Below are positions 41,935-52,778 of a stretch of 64,000 bases of DNA, piece by piece. The DNA is from Candidatus Dojkabacteria bacterium (GTDB lineage Bacteria > Patescibacteriota > Dojkabacteria > SC72), in contig JAXGRK010000001.1 of assembly GCA_040765985.1 (NCBI GenBank), forward strand, positions 72,513 through 136,512, written 5' to 3'. The notes under the pieces are model-generated. The model saw only the letters and a program-made list of their open reading frames with translations. It did not search any database and was not told the origin of the DNA. Position 1 is the first letter of the stretch. Each line of letters opens with the position of its first letter. A program made the translations under genes and the position numbers.

Positions 41935-43524
41935 CTACATACCAGCAAATATCGCCTCAACATCAGCATTCACTTTCTTTTTGTACACACTCTCCACCTT
42001 TTTCTCCTGGTTTTTCTTTTCGATTACTGGCATATTTTTCAAAACAACATCCGCACTTGATTGAAGCTTAGGTCTAACACTATCATTAACCTTACAATCA
42101 ATTCGACAGTGAGTACCAAATACTTCAAAGATAATGGTACCAATTGCATTTCTACTCTCCACGTTATCTATCTGATCCTTGTAAAACTTAAAAGGCACTT
42201 CAATACTTAAAATATTTTCATGAATACCAATTGGTTTTGAAGCATTTAAAAATGCAAAAAGATGTGTATTTATGGGCTTTACTCCATCAACTACCCTCTT
42301 CCAGTTCTTTTCTACATCCTCTAGGCAGATATTTACAACATCAGTATTAACTATATTAACACTCTCACTTCGACCTTCTACAATCGTTTTGTTTTTTACA
42401 TCACTTACCTCTTTCTTTTTCTCCTTGGGTATACTTTTTACAACATCAGTATCACTTAAGAATGTTGGTATCAACATTTGTAATATTAGAATTTGATTTG
42501 TAGTACCTTTTAATTCTCTTTCGATATTAAGAAACTCTTTAATTAAGCGTAAGATATCTCTTAAATGTAACTCCTTAGAAAAAGAGTACTCCTTGATACT
42601 CTCTCCAGATATTTTTGCAACTAAGACCTCACGTAAAACCTCAAGAGTAAACGATGTAAACTGAACAAGGTTAGTACCTTTTATCTCTAATTCTTTAATA
42701 CACTCGAGTGCTTTTTGGGGATCCTCTCCTACTAACGCCTTAAGCAAATCATTAACCATATATACCTCAGGAATACCCAATACAGCTCTTACTTCGTCTT
42801 CGGTAATTTTTTTTGCATTTTCACTCCTCATTTGACTGTTAACTACAACATCCATTAGAGAAAGTGCATCTCTGTAACTTCCTCTTGCGTTTCTAACAAC
42901 AATATCCAAACCCTTTTCATCAATCTTTAATTTCTCTTTAGAAAGGATATCTTCTAATGTCTTCTTAATCTCTTCTTGAGTTCCTAATCTAAAATCATAC
43001 CTCTGACATCTTGAAAGAATTGTAGGAGGTAGTTTATGTACATCTGTAGTAGCAAGGATAAAGATTACATGCTCTGGGGGCTCCTCTAATGTCTTTAGAA
43101 GCGCATTGAACGCTTCGTTAGTAAGCATATGAACCTCGTCGATAATGTATACCTTAAATCTTCCCTTAGAGGGTGCAAACTCAATTCTTTCCTTTAAATC
43201 TCTAATCTGATCTATTCCCCTATTTGAAGCAGCATCTATCTCTATTAAATCCAAATATGTACCGTTAGTGATAGATTGACATACATCGCATTTGTTACAT
43301 GGGTTACCATCCTTCTTTGGCTTTAAACAGTTAACTGCTTTAGAAAGTATTCTAGCAGCACTTGTTTTCCCAGTACCTCTTGAACCAACAAAAAGAAAGG
43401 CATGGGAGAGTTGATCCCCCTTAACAGCGTTTTTGAGTATCTTTGTGATATGCTCTTGACCAACAAGTTCGTCAAAATCTTGAGCACGATATTTTCTATA
43501 CAAGACGGTAGACATGATGTACAT
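41935..43524 (-). CDS. dnaX: DNA polymerase III subunit gamma/tau
   Basis: YRKYRAQDFDELVGQEHI, Walker A GSRGTGKTS, Zn module CLKPKKDGNPCNKCDVCQ, IIDEVHML, SRCQRYDF. Confidence 0.9.
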   Translation of the reverse strand: MYIMSTVLYRKYRAQDFDELVGQEHITKILKNAVKGDQLSHAFLFVGSRGTGKTSAARILSKAVNCLKPKKDGNPCNKCDVCQSITNGTYLDLIEIDAASNRGIDQIRDLKERIEFAPSKGRFKVYIIDEVHMLTNEAFNALLKTLEEPPEHVIFILATTDVHKLPPTILSRCQRYDFRLGTQEEIKKTLEDILSKEKLKIDEKGLDIVVRNARGSYRDALSLMDVVVNSQMRSENAKKITEDEVRAVLGIPEVYMVNDLLKALVGEDPQKALECIKELEIKGTNLVQFTSFTLEVLREVLVAKISGESIKEYSFSKELHLRDILRLIKEFLNIERELKGTTNQILILQMLIPTFLSDTDVVKSIPKEKKKEVSDVKNKTIVEGRSESVNIVNTDVVNICLEDVEKNWKRVVDGVKPINTHLFAFLNASKPIGIHENILSIEVPFKFYKDQIDNVESRNAIGTIIFEVFGTHCRIDCKVNDSVRPKLQSSADVVLKNMPVIEKKNQEKKVESVYKKKVNADVEAIFAGM

Positions 43525-43587
43525 AATAGACTAGAAATTAAAAGCTAACAAGTAAAAAATATTTGAACAGTAAATATATCCCTACTT

Positions 43588-45957
43588 CTAGTTCTTTTTT
43601 AATTCTTCAACTGCTTGGTAAAGAAGCTGTGTATACAATCCGTATCCAATAGAATTTATCGTACCACTCTGTTTCTTACCTAAAATATCTCCAGCCCCCC
43701 TAATCTCTAGATCCCTATTCGATAGCACAAACCCAGAACCAAGCGCCTCAGATTCTCTCAATGCCTCTAACCTTAACTCTGAATCCCCCCTAAGTTCATC
43801 GTATAGAAAACATGCATACGCTTGCTTTTCTCCCCTTCCTACTCTTCCCCTAATCTGATACATCTGAGAGAGACCTAGCATATTTACATCATCCACTATT
43901 AAAGTATTTGCATTAGAAATGTCTAAACCGTTTTCGATAATGGTAGTACAAAGTAAAACATCTATTTCATGCTTAACAAATCTTTCCATTACATCTATCA
44001 GCCGATCTCCCCTTAATCTCCCATGAGCAACCTCTATCCTAGCATCAGGAATCAACTCTCTAAGTTTTTCCTCTAATCCATATATACTCTCTATCCTGTT
44101 ATGAAGGTAATATATTTGACCACCTCTTTTTAGCTCTCTAACAATACACTCTCTAACCTTTTCAAAACTAAACTTAGAGAACTCATTTTTAATATCTTTT
44201 CTTCCCAAAGGAGGTATGGCTAAAACAGAGATATCTCTTACACCCATTAGAGAAAGATTGAGAGTTCTAGGGATAGGCGTTGCAGTCAAAGATAGGACAT
44301 GAGTATCTACTCTACTACCTTTTAATTTCTCTTTCTGTTTAACACCAAACTTCTGCTCTTCATCAACAATGAGTAAGCCCAAATCTTTAAACTTAATACT
44401 TTGAGAAAGAATAGCGTGTGTACCTATCAATATATCTATCTTACCCTTCGCAATGTCTTTCTCTACACCAATTTTCTCTTTCTCACTTTGTAATCTAGAT
44501 ATTAAAGATATATTAAACGGATACTTCTTAAATCTTTCCCTAAATACTCTTAAATGTTGATTGGCAAGTACGGTAGTAGGAGCTAAAACAGCTACCCGCA
44601 TGCCACTGTTAGCAACAGCAAAAGCAGCTCTCATTGCTATTTCTGTTTACCAAAGCCAACATCTCCAACCAAAAGTCGATCCATAGGGATACTTTTTTCA
44701 AATCTAGAGATATTTTTTTATTTATATATTGATCCTCTGTATCACTAAATTCGAACTCATTAACAAACTCCCAGTATTCATCTAACTCTTTTTCAGAGGA
44801 AATAATTTTTTGACATTTAGAAATCTCTCTCAATGCATATATCTGAAGTAACTCTTTTGCAACACTCTCTACATCCTCTTTTGCCTTAGAAGAAACTCTT
44901 TTCCATACACCACTATTTAATCCAGTAAGTATTGGCAATTGCTTACCACTTCCAATATATTTCATTACTTTGTTCGATGAATACAAAGGAACATACAACC
45001 TGTCATTTCCTGCATACGCTATTTCGATATATTGAACTGACTCCTTTTAAAACCCCTAGGAACTTTCAATACCATGATCTTCATGCACAATATAGTCACC
45101 TACGAATATTTTTTAGAAGATCAATAGAGGATGCATCAATATCTTTACCCATTTCATCATGTTTAAGCAATATCTCTCCTAATACCTCTGCATCTGTTAA
45201 TACTAATATCTTACCTTTCTCATAAAGGAACCCTTTTTTAATACTCCTTCAACAGAATCAGTAATCTCATATGTTCTTGTTATGTACTTTGAAAGCTCTG
45301 AGGTGGAATCATACTTAAAAAGATTGTTTGAAAGATACCATATCTCGTATCCTCTATTTTTGTAATCCCCTAGTATATTAACAGACGATTTGCTTAAAGA
45401 TGTTAAAGAAAAGGAAGGAAGTGATCTAACCCCAATGTCTACCACATCCTCTTCCAGAAAAATATTAGGTACACACTCCAATATCAAAACCTCTTTCTCC
45501 ATTTCATTGGCTAAAACCCCTTCCTGATTATTTGGGAGTATCTTAACAGTATCCTTAAAGCCAATTTTTTTTCTATTAGTTGGATCTAGAACTTCAATTG
45601 TTTCAATATCATTACCCAAAGAGTCAATCTAAAAATATATTTGGAACTAAACGGCCATATCAATATATTTTCTCCTAACACAGATATCTCCCCACTACTC
45701 CATACTCTCTCTACACTCTCATACCCCAACGATATTAACTTAGAGATATCCCATTTATCTCCTACCATATATTCCATATATTTAATCTCAATATTCTTTT
45801 TAGGAACTAAATATACACTCTTAGAAAGTTTCTTACCTATTATTTCAGCTATAAACTCTTCATACTCCTTACCTACTGTTATTACTGAGTATTTATCTAA
45901 TTTGGGGATATTAAATTTTTTAAAAAATCTTCTGTAAAATTTTTCATATACAGGCAT
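43588..45957 (-). pseudogene. mfd: transcription-repair coupling factor Mfd, at least 4 frame disruptions; no C-terminal TRCF domain after the helicase
   Basis: Collinear pieces: UvrB-homology N-terminus (GEISVLGENILIWPF, GNDIETIEVLDP), CarD-like GDYIVHEDHGI (own translation around 45.08 kb), helicase DEEQKFGV, ATPIPRTL, QIRGRVGR. Confidence 0.85.
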
Positions 45958-46008
45958 ATTCTAACAAGGAAGTGTATAATTAAAAAGGATAATTTAAAAA
46001 TACATACA

Positions 46009-47165
46009 ATGTTTTGCTCATGGCCCAATCTCATACATTTTAAATGAGACAATACAAAAAGAAAAAATTGATACCCTATCAAACCAAGAACAGTTCCTAG
46101 TATTAATACTAAGCATTCTCTTTGGTATATTCCCTGATATTGACTTAGCCATACTTAGTATGACTGATATCCCCTACTTCATATCACCAAGTATTCACAC
46201 ATAGCGTGATTTACTTTATTGGATTATGGTTACTTCTAATATTCATTCTTAAGATATTACAAAGATTATTACAAAAAAAGAGAAGAAATACTTAGCAACA
46301 AACTAATTAGTGTAATACATATATCATTTTTAGTAGGTACCATATCTCATCTTTTTGCAGATATACTGTTTTCCCATTCTCGAGTACTCTTTCCTTTAGA
46401 ATCACAGGTAACTATACTAGGAGAGGTATTAAAACCAATTACTTTTCTACCTATTTACTATCTCCGACATTTGCTGTTGAACTAATTGCCCTGTCTATAT
46501 TCTTGCTTTTCATATTTAAGAGATATTCTAAAGATATATTGGTATTAAAAAGGGCAATATATGTTTTAATATCACTATCCGTTTCCTTTTTTCTTTTTTG
46601 TGTATATATGAACTTAAATACATACAATATGGAGTACCAATTTCAGAATGGTATTAAAATATATGACTCAGATTACGATGGTGTACTGGATAGATATGAT
46701 TTAGATACAAATGGTAACAGTATATACAACATATATGAAGCAGAGAAAGAGCAGATTGCATCCTTTGTTGAAAAGATATCTTCGAATAGATATATGACAA
46801 GTACACAAGATACTTTTATAGAGGATATTAAGTATAACTACGGTGCATTTAATTCATACAGATTGATATCTCAAGCATATGTACAACAGAATCTACCCTT
46901 AGAGCCAATTCTTAAGGAGTATGTAAAAATAAAATACAATGTACAGAAATATATAGTTGATATATCATACCCAAAAACTCTCTATGAATATCTTTCCGAT
47001 ATTGGAATGTTTACAAATACGGATATAGGTGAATACAGAGGTAGTATATTCTTTGTTGTAGAAAGTAACGAGGTACTAAATATGGGGATAGTACTCAATG
47101 AAAATTCTTTTGGTACTGTATTACCCAATGATAAAAGACTTGTAATACATAAACTAGTGAATTGA
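46009..47165 (+). pseudogene. membrane-bound metal-dependent hydrolase (DUF457/YdjM-like) fused to an extracytoplasmic domain with a DxDxDG-like Ca-binding motif; several frame disruptions in 46.0-46.5 kb
   Basis: Own translation: M-F-AHGPISYILNE (T4 indel at 46012-46015), LSILFGIFPDIDLAIL, HQVFTHSVIYFIGLWLL. Continues into the 220-aa ORF (DSDYDGVLDRYDLDTNGNS). Confidence 0.45.
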
Positions 47166-47189
47166 ATGAGGTATACCCTCAAGCAGAAA

Positions 47190-47746
47190 TTAAAGTTCTA
47201 AGTACTCCGTAGCTAAAACAGATATACTCTCGTTTATAACGGAATCTAATATTGCTAACTCTTTTTTCGAATATGGTTGTAATACATATTCATCACCTGA
47301 TACTATCCTACTTCCCCTATTCTCAATACCAATCCTTACTCTGTTAAATTGATTGTCTTCCAGTACACTCTCTACACTTAAGACCCCCTTATGACCTTTA
47401 GGGGATTTCCCAAGCTGTATTTTAAATTCTCCTAGAGGTATATCTAAATCATCATGGATTAGTATGTATTCATCATATTCGAATTTCTTTAGAAGTAATC
47501 TAACAGCACTTCCAGAGCTATTCATAAAGGTATGTGGCTTTTGTAATATACCAATAAGTTTTCCATCTTTTTTAATCTTACAAAGATCAGATAGGAATAG
47601 CTTATTTTCGGTAATCAATCTGAAACTAAATAATCTCTATTCTCTAAAAAATACTCTCTTAATTTCTCTATGAAAATAAAACCAGCATTGTGGGGAGTCT
47701 TTTCATACTCATTACCGATATTTTCTAATGCAGTGATTATAAACAT
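47190..47746 (-). CDS. pth: peptidyl-tRNA hydrolase, frameshift near 47615-47620
   Basis: ATG at 47746 gives MFIITALENIGNEYEKTPHNAGFIFIEKL. It joins ...ITENKLF...LQKPHTFMNSSGSAV after a 1-nt correction. Confidence 0.75.
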
Positions 47747-48174
47747 ATTTTCTTGTAATTTAAAAGTAAATCTTCTTGTAATTTAAACATCTCTTCCTCT
47801 GGAGAGTCGTTTAAACTACCACTATGATTATACCTAAGTATATGTAGAGTTCCGTGTATTATCAACCTTAGAATTTCTTCTTCAAAGTCATCGCCCTTAA
47901 ATGTTGTATATACATATTCGGGAGATATGTATATTTCTCCACTTAAATTATCTTCAAACAAAGGAAACGCCAAAACATCTGTAGGAGAATCTATCTTCCT
48001 ATACCTCCTATTAAGATCTTGGATATATTTAGAAGTAACAAATACTAAGTTAACAGTTTTAAGATTTCTGTTATTAAATATCTGAATATATCCTTTTTGT
48101 ATATCATCAAAGGAGATATTAAATGTTGGTTCAACATCTTGGATTAACTCTTTATTAAAAATATCTAATTGCAT
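47737..48174 (-). CDS. ybeY: rRNA maturation endoribonuclease YbeY
   Basis: Metal motif IIHGTLHILRYNH (H-G-x-L-H-L-x-G-Y-D-H pattern). Confidence 0.9.
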   Translation of the reverse strand: MQLDIFNKELIQDVEPTFNISFDDIQKGYIQIFNNRNLKTVNLVFVTSKYIQDLNRRYRKIDSPTDVLAFPLFEDNLSGEIYISPEYVYTTFKGDDFEEEILRLIIHGTLHILRYNHSGSLNDSPEEEMFKLQEDLLLNYKKICL

Positions 48175-48180
48175 ATCTTT

Positions 48181-48627
48181 TTATTTAGAGAGTAAACTCT
48201 GAACAATATTTCTAACAGTATTACCATCTGCTTTACCATTTAACTCTTTCATAACAGAACCCATTACAAGTCCAATACTTTGAACACCAGTATTACCTGT
48301 TTGAGTAATTACTTTCTCAACTACTTTCGTAATATCCTCTTTACTCATTAGAGCTGGTAAGTATCTTTCTATTACACAAAGTTGCTCTTTTTCTTTCTCA
48401 ATTAAATCCTGCCTATTCATCTTAGTAAATTCATTTATAGAATCTTTAATTTTCTTTTCTTGTTTTCTTAATACCTTTATAACATCTTCATCGTTTAACT
48501 CTTTCCCTAATGAGATTTCTTCATTTTTAATATCCGCTAAAACCAACTTAAGTATATCAGCGTGTATACTGTTTCCACTCTTAGATTCCTCAAACATATC
48601 TTTACGTATGTTTTCAGTAAGTGACAT
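48181..48627 (-). CDS. GatB/YqeY domain protein
   Basis: 148 aa, LKLVLADIKNEE..., ERYLPALMSKEDI..., GLVMGSVMKELNGKADGNTV pattern. Confidence 0.8.
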   Translation of the reverse strand: MSLTENIRKDMFEESKSGNSIHADILKLVLADIKNEEISLGKELNDEDVIKVLRKQEKKIKDSINEFTKMNRQDLIEKEKEQLCVIERYLPALMSKEDITKVVEKVITQTGNTGVQSIGLVMGSVMKELNGKADGNTVRNIVQSLLSK

Positions 48628-48647
48628 ATATCTTTGGATATTAAAAT

Positions 48648-48848
48648 TTACTTTGCTCTCCTTGCAGCAGTTCTTCTTCTTCTTTTCATTTTAGCCCACT
48701 CTCTTCTTTTCTGAATACCTGCTACAGAGGGTTTAACTCTAAAAGCTTTCTCCCTGTAAGTTTCTAGTATTTTCTCCCTCATAACCTCTCTATGAAGTCT
48801 TTTAAGAGCACTATCTATATTTTCGTTGGCATGAACTATGACAGCCAT
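48648..48848 (-). CDS. rpsU: 30S ribosomal protein S21
   Basis: 66 aa, ENIDSALKRLHREV...KRREWAKMKRRRR. Confidence 0.9.
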   Translation of the reverse strand: MAVIVHANENIDSALKRLHREVMREKILETYREKAFRVKPSVAGIQKRREWAKMKRRRRTAARRAK

Positions 48849-48893
48849 TTTTACCTCCTTTTAATTAAATCTTTGGGATTATATCACACTCTT

Positions 48894-50231
48894 TTACCTA
48901 TTAGCTACTCTCTTTTCAAATCTTCCTCTATATTTGTAAGAATTTTCTTTTTTACCCATTACCAACATATTGTTTGGAAGGTTATATACAATACCACCAA
49001 TGAGTAGTAGAGATATTCCTACAACTATTCTTCCTACTGTAGAATCAAATATACCTGTTTGAGGAACAACAGGGGGATCTTCTGGATCTTCTGGGGTTGT
49101 CTCATCACAATCTACAACAATTGTTGCATCAGCGGTTAACTGCTTTGGTCCTTGCACAGGATCGGTATATGAAAGTGCAACAGTATTCGAGTATGTTCCA
49201 AAATTATCTTTATCTATAGGAACTTTGTATGTGAATGTTTCCATAGACAAGGGTCCATCTGTAGTAACACCATCCTCTCCTCCAAAAGACCAATTTATCT
49301 TTCCAGAGGAGTAAACACCTTCGTCAGATATCTCAGTAGGAGTCAGATTTGAATCAAGAACTTTCTGATCAAGAGTATCAACCAAAGAATATGTGATTGG
49401 ATCAGTTACGCTATCGTTGTACCCAACTGTTACAGTATATGCCACTTCTGCAACAGGATTATCAGTATCCTCTCCACTACAAGTAAGAATTGCTGTTTTT
49501 GTTATACTTGGCTCTGCTGTAACAACTGCCGAACAAGTACAATCATCCATACATTTATATCCTACTCCACAGCCATTTGGCTCTGCAGTAGGGTCACAAC
49601 TCTCTTCTCCATTAACCTTTTTATCACCACAAGCAGGTACTGCATAAAAACATAATTTTGCTAATTCAACACTATTAGGAGATGGTTTTTTATTTACACA
49701 AGTTGGAGCGGCCGTTTTCATTGTTATGGTATATGTCTTAGCATCTAAAGAGTATGTTTTAGCAGTAGAGGATTTAGGTGACAAATCTTGAAGAATTGTT
49801 GTAACAGGACATGCACCTTTACCAACAATATCATCCTGAGGTGTCACACTCTGTTGACCATTTATCACAAGATAGAATTCTTCATCATCTTGACACTGAC
49901 AATTAGCACCATTTACATCACAGTGTCCTCGAGTAATAACTCCCTTTAAGGTGTATTCTCCTTTAACAGGTACAGGTACAGAAAGGGTTCGTTGAGTAGG
50001 ACAACTTTTGACCGTCTCGCCAAACACACAATTACTTCCACAAACATGTTTACCTGTATAATTTACAACGAAATCCGCATCAGCACAATACTCTTCTGCT
50101 GCTTCAATATCTGTACTTTCTAATGGTTCTGGTTGGTTAACTCTCCATACTAAAAATCCCAATACCCCCAATAAGATGACAACTGTCAAAATACTGAAAA
50201 TAGTAGTAGTTTTATTTAATTTGAATGCCAT
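48894..50231 (-). CDS. Cys-rich cell-surface protein with DUF11-like repeat domain and LPXTG-like sorting signal (VPQTG + TM + basic tail)
   Basis: N-terminal TM/signal. More than 20 Cys, including CGDKKVNGEESCDPTAEPNGCGVGYKCMDDCTC. Pro/Glu linker TPEDPEDPPVVPQTG, then GRIVVGISLLLIGGIVY and KKENSYKYRGRFEKR. Confidence 0.6.
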   Translation of the reverse strand: MAFKLNKTTTIFSILTVVILLGVLGFLVWRVNQPEPLESTDIEAAEEYCADADFVVNYTGKHVCGSNCVFGETVKSCPTQRTLSVPVPVKGEYTLKGVITRGHCDVNGANCQCQDDEEFYLVINGQQSVTPQDDIVGKGACPVTTILQDLSPKSSTAKTYSLDAKTYTITMKTAAPTCVNKKPSPNSVELAKLCFYAVPACGDKKVNGEESCDPTAEPNGCGVGYKCMDDCTCSAVVTAEPSITKTAILTCSGEDTDNPVAEVAYTVTVGYNDSVTDPITYSLVDTLDQKVLDSNLTPTEISDEGVYSSGKINWSFGGEDGVTTDGPLSMETFTYKVPIDKDNFGTYSNTVALSYTDPVQGPKQLTADATIVVDCDETTPEDPEDPPVVPQTGIFDSTVGRIVVGISLLLIGGIVYNLPNNMLVMGKKENSYKYRGRFEKRVANR

Positions 50232-50269
50232 TTAAAAAAATATCTAACCTTTATTAAATAAAAGATAAC

Positions 50270-51399
50270 CTATTTAAACAAAGTTTTCAACTCCTCTATA
50301 TTTATAATATCTTTAATCATTATAAAAACAATAAAAAGTACTAAGAAGATAAAACTCAGATTGATAATTACCTCTTCAACTTTCTTATTTAAATCTTTTC
50401 TAAATATTGACTCTATTAAAAGTATAAAAAACCTTCCACCATCTAAGGCAGGAAGAGGAAATAGGTTAATAACTGCCAAAGATAAGGACAAATCGGCAAG
50501 AATACCTAGAAACATAACTAATCCTAATGTTTTAAAGTAATCAATTATGAAATATATCCCTATTGGACCACTTACAGTGTTTGAGAGCTCAGAGTAATCA
50601 CCTGTTTCTTTTGCCTGAGATATTAGTGATGTTAATGCCACCTTAGATAGCTTTACAATATTTATTGAGTGACTGACACCTGAAAACACCTTCTTATCTG
50701 CATAATCGATATACATTGTAATTATTACCAGTATATATGCCAATTTGTTTCATCATTAACAAAAACATTAAAGTTGTTACATTCTTTCCCATCCTCGTTA
50801 CATGCATATACTACTACTTCTTCTGATTTATATTTCTCGAGTATAGTTATTAAAGATTTATACTCATCATCTTCTCTTCATTTATAGAAACAAGATATCC
50901 CTTCTCATACATCTCTGATTCTTTTGCACCACTTCCTGTGCAACTTCATAAGGGACATCGAAACTCTCTCTCTAACAATTTTCGCTCCTACCGGTTTAAA
51001 ATCTTCAAAACTATTCCCAATACCCATTCTCCATTCATTACTGGATAGAAAAACTGTATAGAGAGAATTGCAAGAAGAAAGTTCATTGTTACCCCTGCTA
51101 ACATAACAAACATCTGGGCTATCTTACTCTTGTTTTTAAGATTACCGCTATCTTTACCATCTTCTTTGTCTTTTACAGGATCTCCATCCCCTAATATCTT
51201 ACAAAAACCACCAAATGGTAATACTCTAAGGTTATACAAAGTCCTTTATATTTCTTTGAAAATATCTTTGGTCCAAATCCAATAGAGAAATCTAATACTT
51301 TCGCTTTAACTAATCTTGCAGCTAAGTAGTGGCCTAACTCGTGTACGAATGTAAGAATACTTATTACCAAAAGTAAAGAATGTTAACAATTATTGTCAT
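50270..51399 (-). pseudogene. rseP: RIP metalloprotease RseP (M50 site-2 protease with PDZ), at least 3 frame disruptions
   Basis: Own translation from ATG 51399: ...LTFVHELGHYLAARLVKAKVLDFSIGFGPK. Pieces LRVLPFGGFCKILGDGD and C-terminal NLFPLPALDGGRF are collinear. Confidence 0.75.
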
Positions 51400-51421
51400 A
51401 ACGGTGGTATTTAAGATTAAT

Positions 51422-51970
51422 CTATATTAAACAGTCATAAGCTCTTGTTCTTTCTTCTCTCTCATCTCCTCTATTTTGTATTACTCTCTTTAACAAGTTT
51501 TCACCTTCCTCTCTCAACATATCTGCTTGGTCTTCAGAAAAACCACTCTTTTCTTGCTCATCAATATCTTGCATAAATTTCTGTCTAACCTGTCTAACAG
51601 CTATTCTAGCATCCTCTACCCTATCCTTCATAACTTTAACATACTCTTTTCTTCTCTCTTCTGTTAAATCAGGAATAGTGACTCTAACATGATCTCCCTC
51701 TGATACAGGATTAAATCCCATATTAGCAGAAGATATCCCTTTAGATATGTTCTCTATAATACTTTTATCCCAAGGTATTACCACTAGAGATCTTGTATCA
51801 GAAACATTAATTGTTGCGTAGTTTTTTAAGGGTGCTTGAGTACCGTACGCATTTACTAACACATCTGAAATTAATTCAGGTGTAGCTCTTCCTGTTCTAA
51901 TCTGAGATAGGTCTTCTGTAACGCTCTCTATACATTTATCTAAATCACTTTTAAATATATCAATATCCAT
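51422..51970 (-). CDS. frr: ribosome recycling factor; 3' end shifted by an indel in a 4-nt run (51474-51477), likely true stop at 51427
   Basis: LSQIRTGRATPELISDV, NVSDTRSLVVIPWDKS. Removing one A restores the typical ...IEEMREKKEQELMTV* terminus. Confidence 0.9.
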   Translation of the reverse strand: MDIDIFKSDLDKCIESVTEDLSQIRTGRATPELISDVLVNAYGTQAPLKNYATINVSDTRSLVVIPWDKSIIENISKGISSANMGFNPVSEGDHVRVTIPDLTEERRKEYVKVMKDRVEDARIAVRQVRQKFMQDIDEQEKSGFSEDQADMLREEGENLLKRVIQNRGDEREERTRAYDCLI

Positions 51971-52046
51971 ATACTTTAGTATAAAAAAGTTATATGTATA
52001 TGATATTCTAAAATGATATGAATCTCAATATGAGATTAGTGAAATT

Positions 52047-52760
52047 CTACTTTCCAAACTCCCATATCAGAAATCTTCTTACCTCTAAGGGCTCTCCTAA
52101 TTTCGATATGGCTTCATCTAGTAGGTTTTGAATACTTTTTGTTTCATCTTTAAACCATTTTTGTTCTAGTAAACACTTCTCTTGGTAAAACTTCTGCAAC
52201 TTCCCTTCTACTATCTTACCTGCAATCTCTGCTGGCTTCCCTTCTGCCTCTACCTCTTTTTGGAATATCTCTTTAATCTCTTCTAGTTTCTCAGAAGGTA
52301 TTGTCTCTTTGGATACATATACTGGCTTCATAGCTGCTATCTGTAGTGCTAATTCATGAACAAATGCTCTAAAATCCTCATTTCTAGCCACAAAATCTGT
52401 CTTACATGTAACCTCTACTAAAGACACTAACTTCTGTTCCTTACCATGTACATAGCTCTCTATTACACCCTCTCCTACACTGCAACAGTCATCTTCAATT
52501 GGTTCATCCCAGCCCCTTTCTTTAATTAAGCCCACTGCCTTTTCAAAATCTTTCTCACTCTCTTCAAAAGCTAGTTTACAGTGTCCTATCTTTGCACCTG
52601 TAAGATTATGTAATCTATTAATTACATCACTCCTACTATTTATATATTCAATTGCTTTCTGCATATCTCCCTCTGCCTTAGTCAAGGCCTCTTTACAAAG
52701 ACCCATACCTGCAGATGTTTTCGCTCTAAGTAATTTTATATCCTCTATAGTTATACCCAT
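52047..52760 (-). CDS. tsf: elongation factor Ts (short form) with two tandem UBA-like N-terminal segments
   Basis: IEDIKLLRAKTSAGMGLCKEALTKAEGDMQKAIEYI, then VINRLHNLTGAKIGHCKLAFEESEKDFEKAVGLI. Core VEVTCKTDFVARNEDF. Confidence 0.9.
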   Translation of the reverse strand: MGITIEDIKLLRAKTSAGMGLCKEALTKAEGDMQKAIEYINSRSDVINRLHNLTGAKIGHCKLAFEESEKDFEKAVGLIKERGWDEPIEDDCCSVGEGVIESYVHGKEQKLVSLVEVTCKTDFVARNEDFRAFVHELALQIAAMKPVYVSKETIPSEKLEEIKEIFQKEVEAEGKPAEIAGKIVEGKLQKFYQEKCLLEQKWFKDETKSIQNLLDEAISKLGEPLEVRRFLIWEFGK

Positions 52761-52778
52761 GACAGTATATAAACCAAA

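Noticed and set aside
44609-45957. ORFs 44609-44998, 45203-45619 and 45586-45957 as separate small genes.
   Set aside because: They are collinear with successive Mfd domains (UvrB-homology region, CarD-like domain, pre-helicase linker), so they are fragments of one gene.
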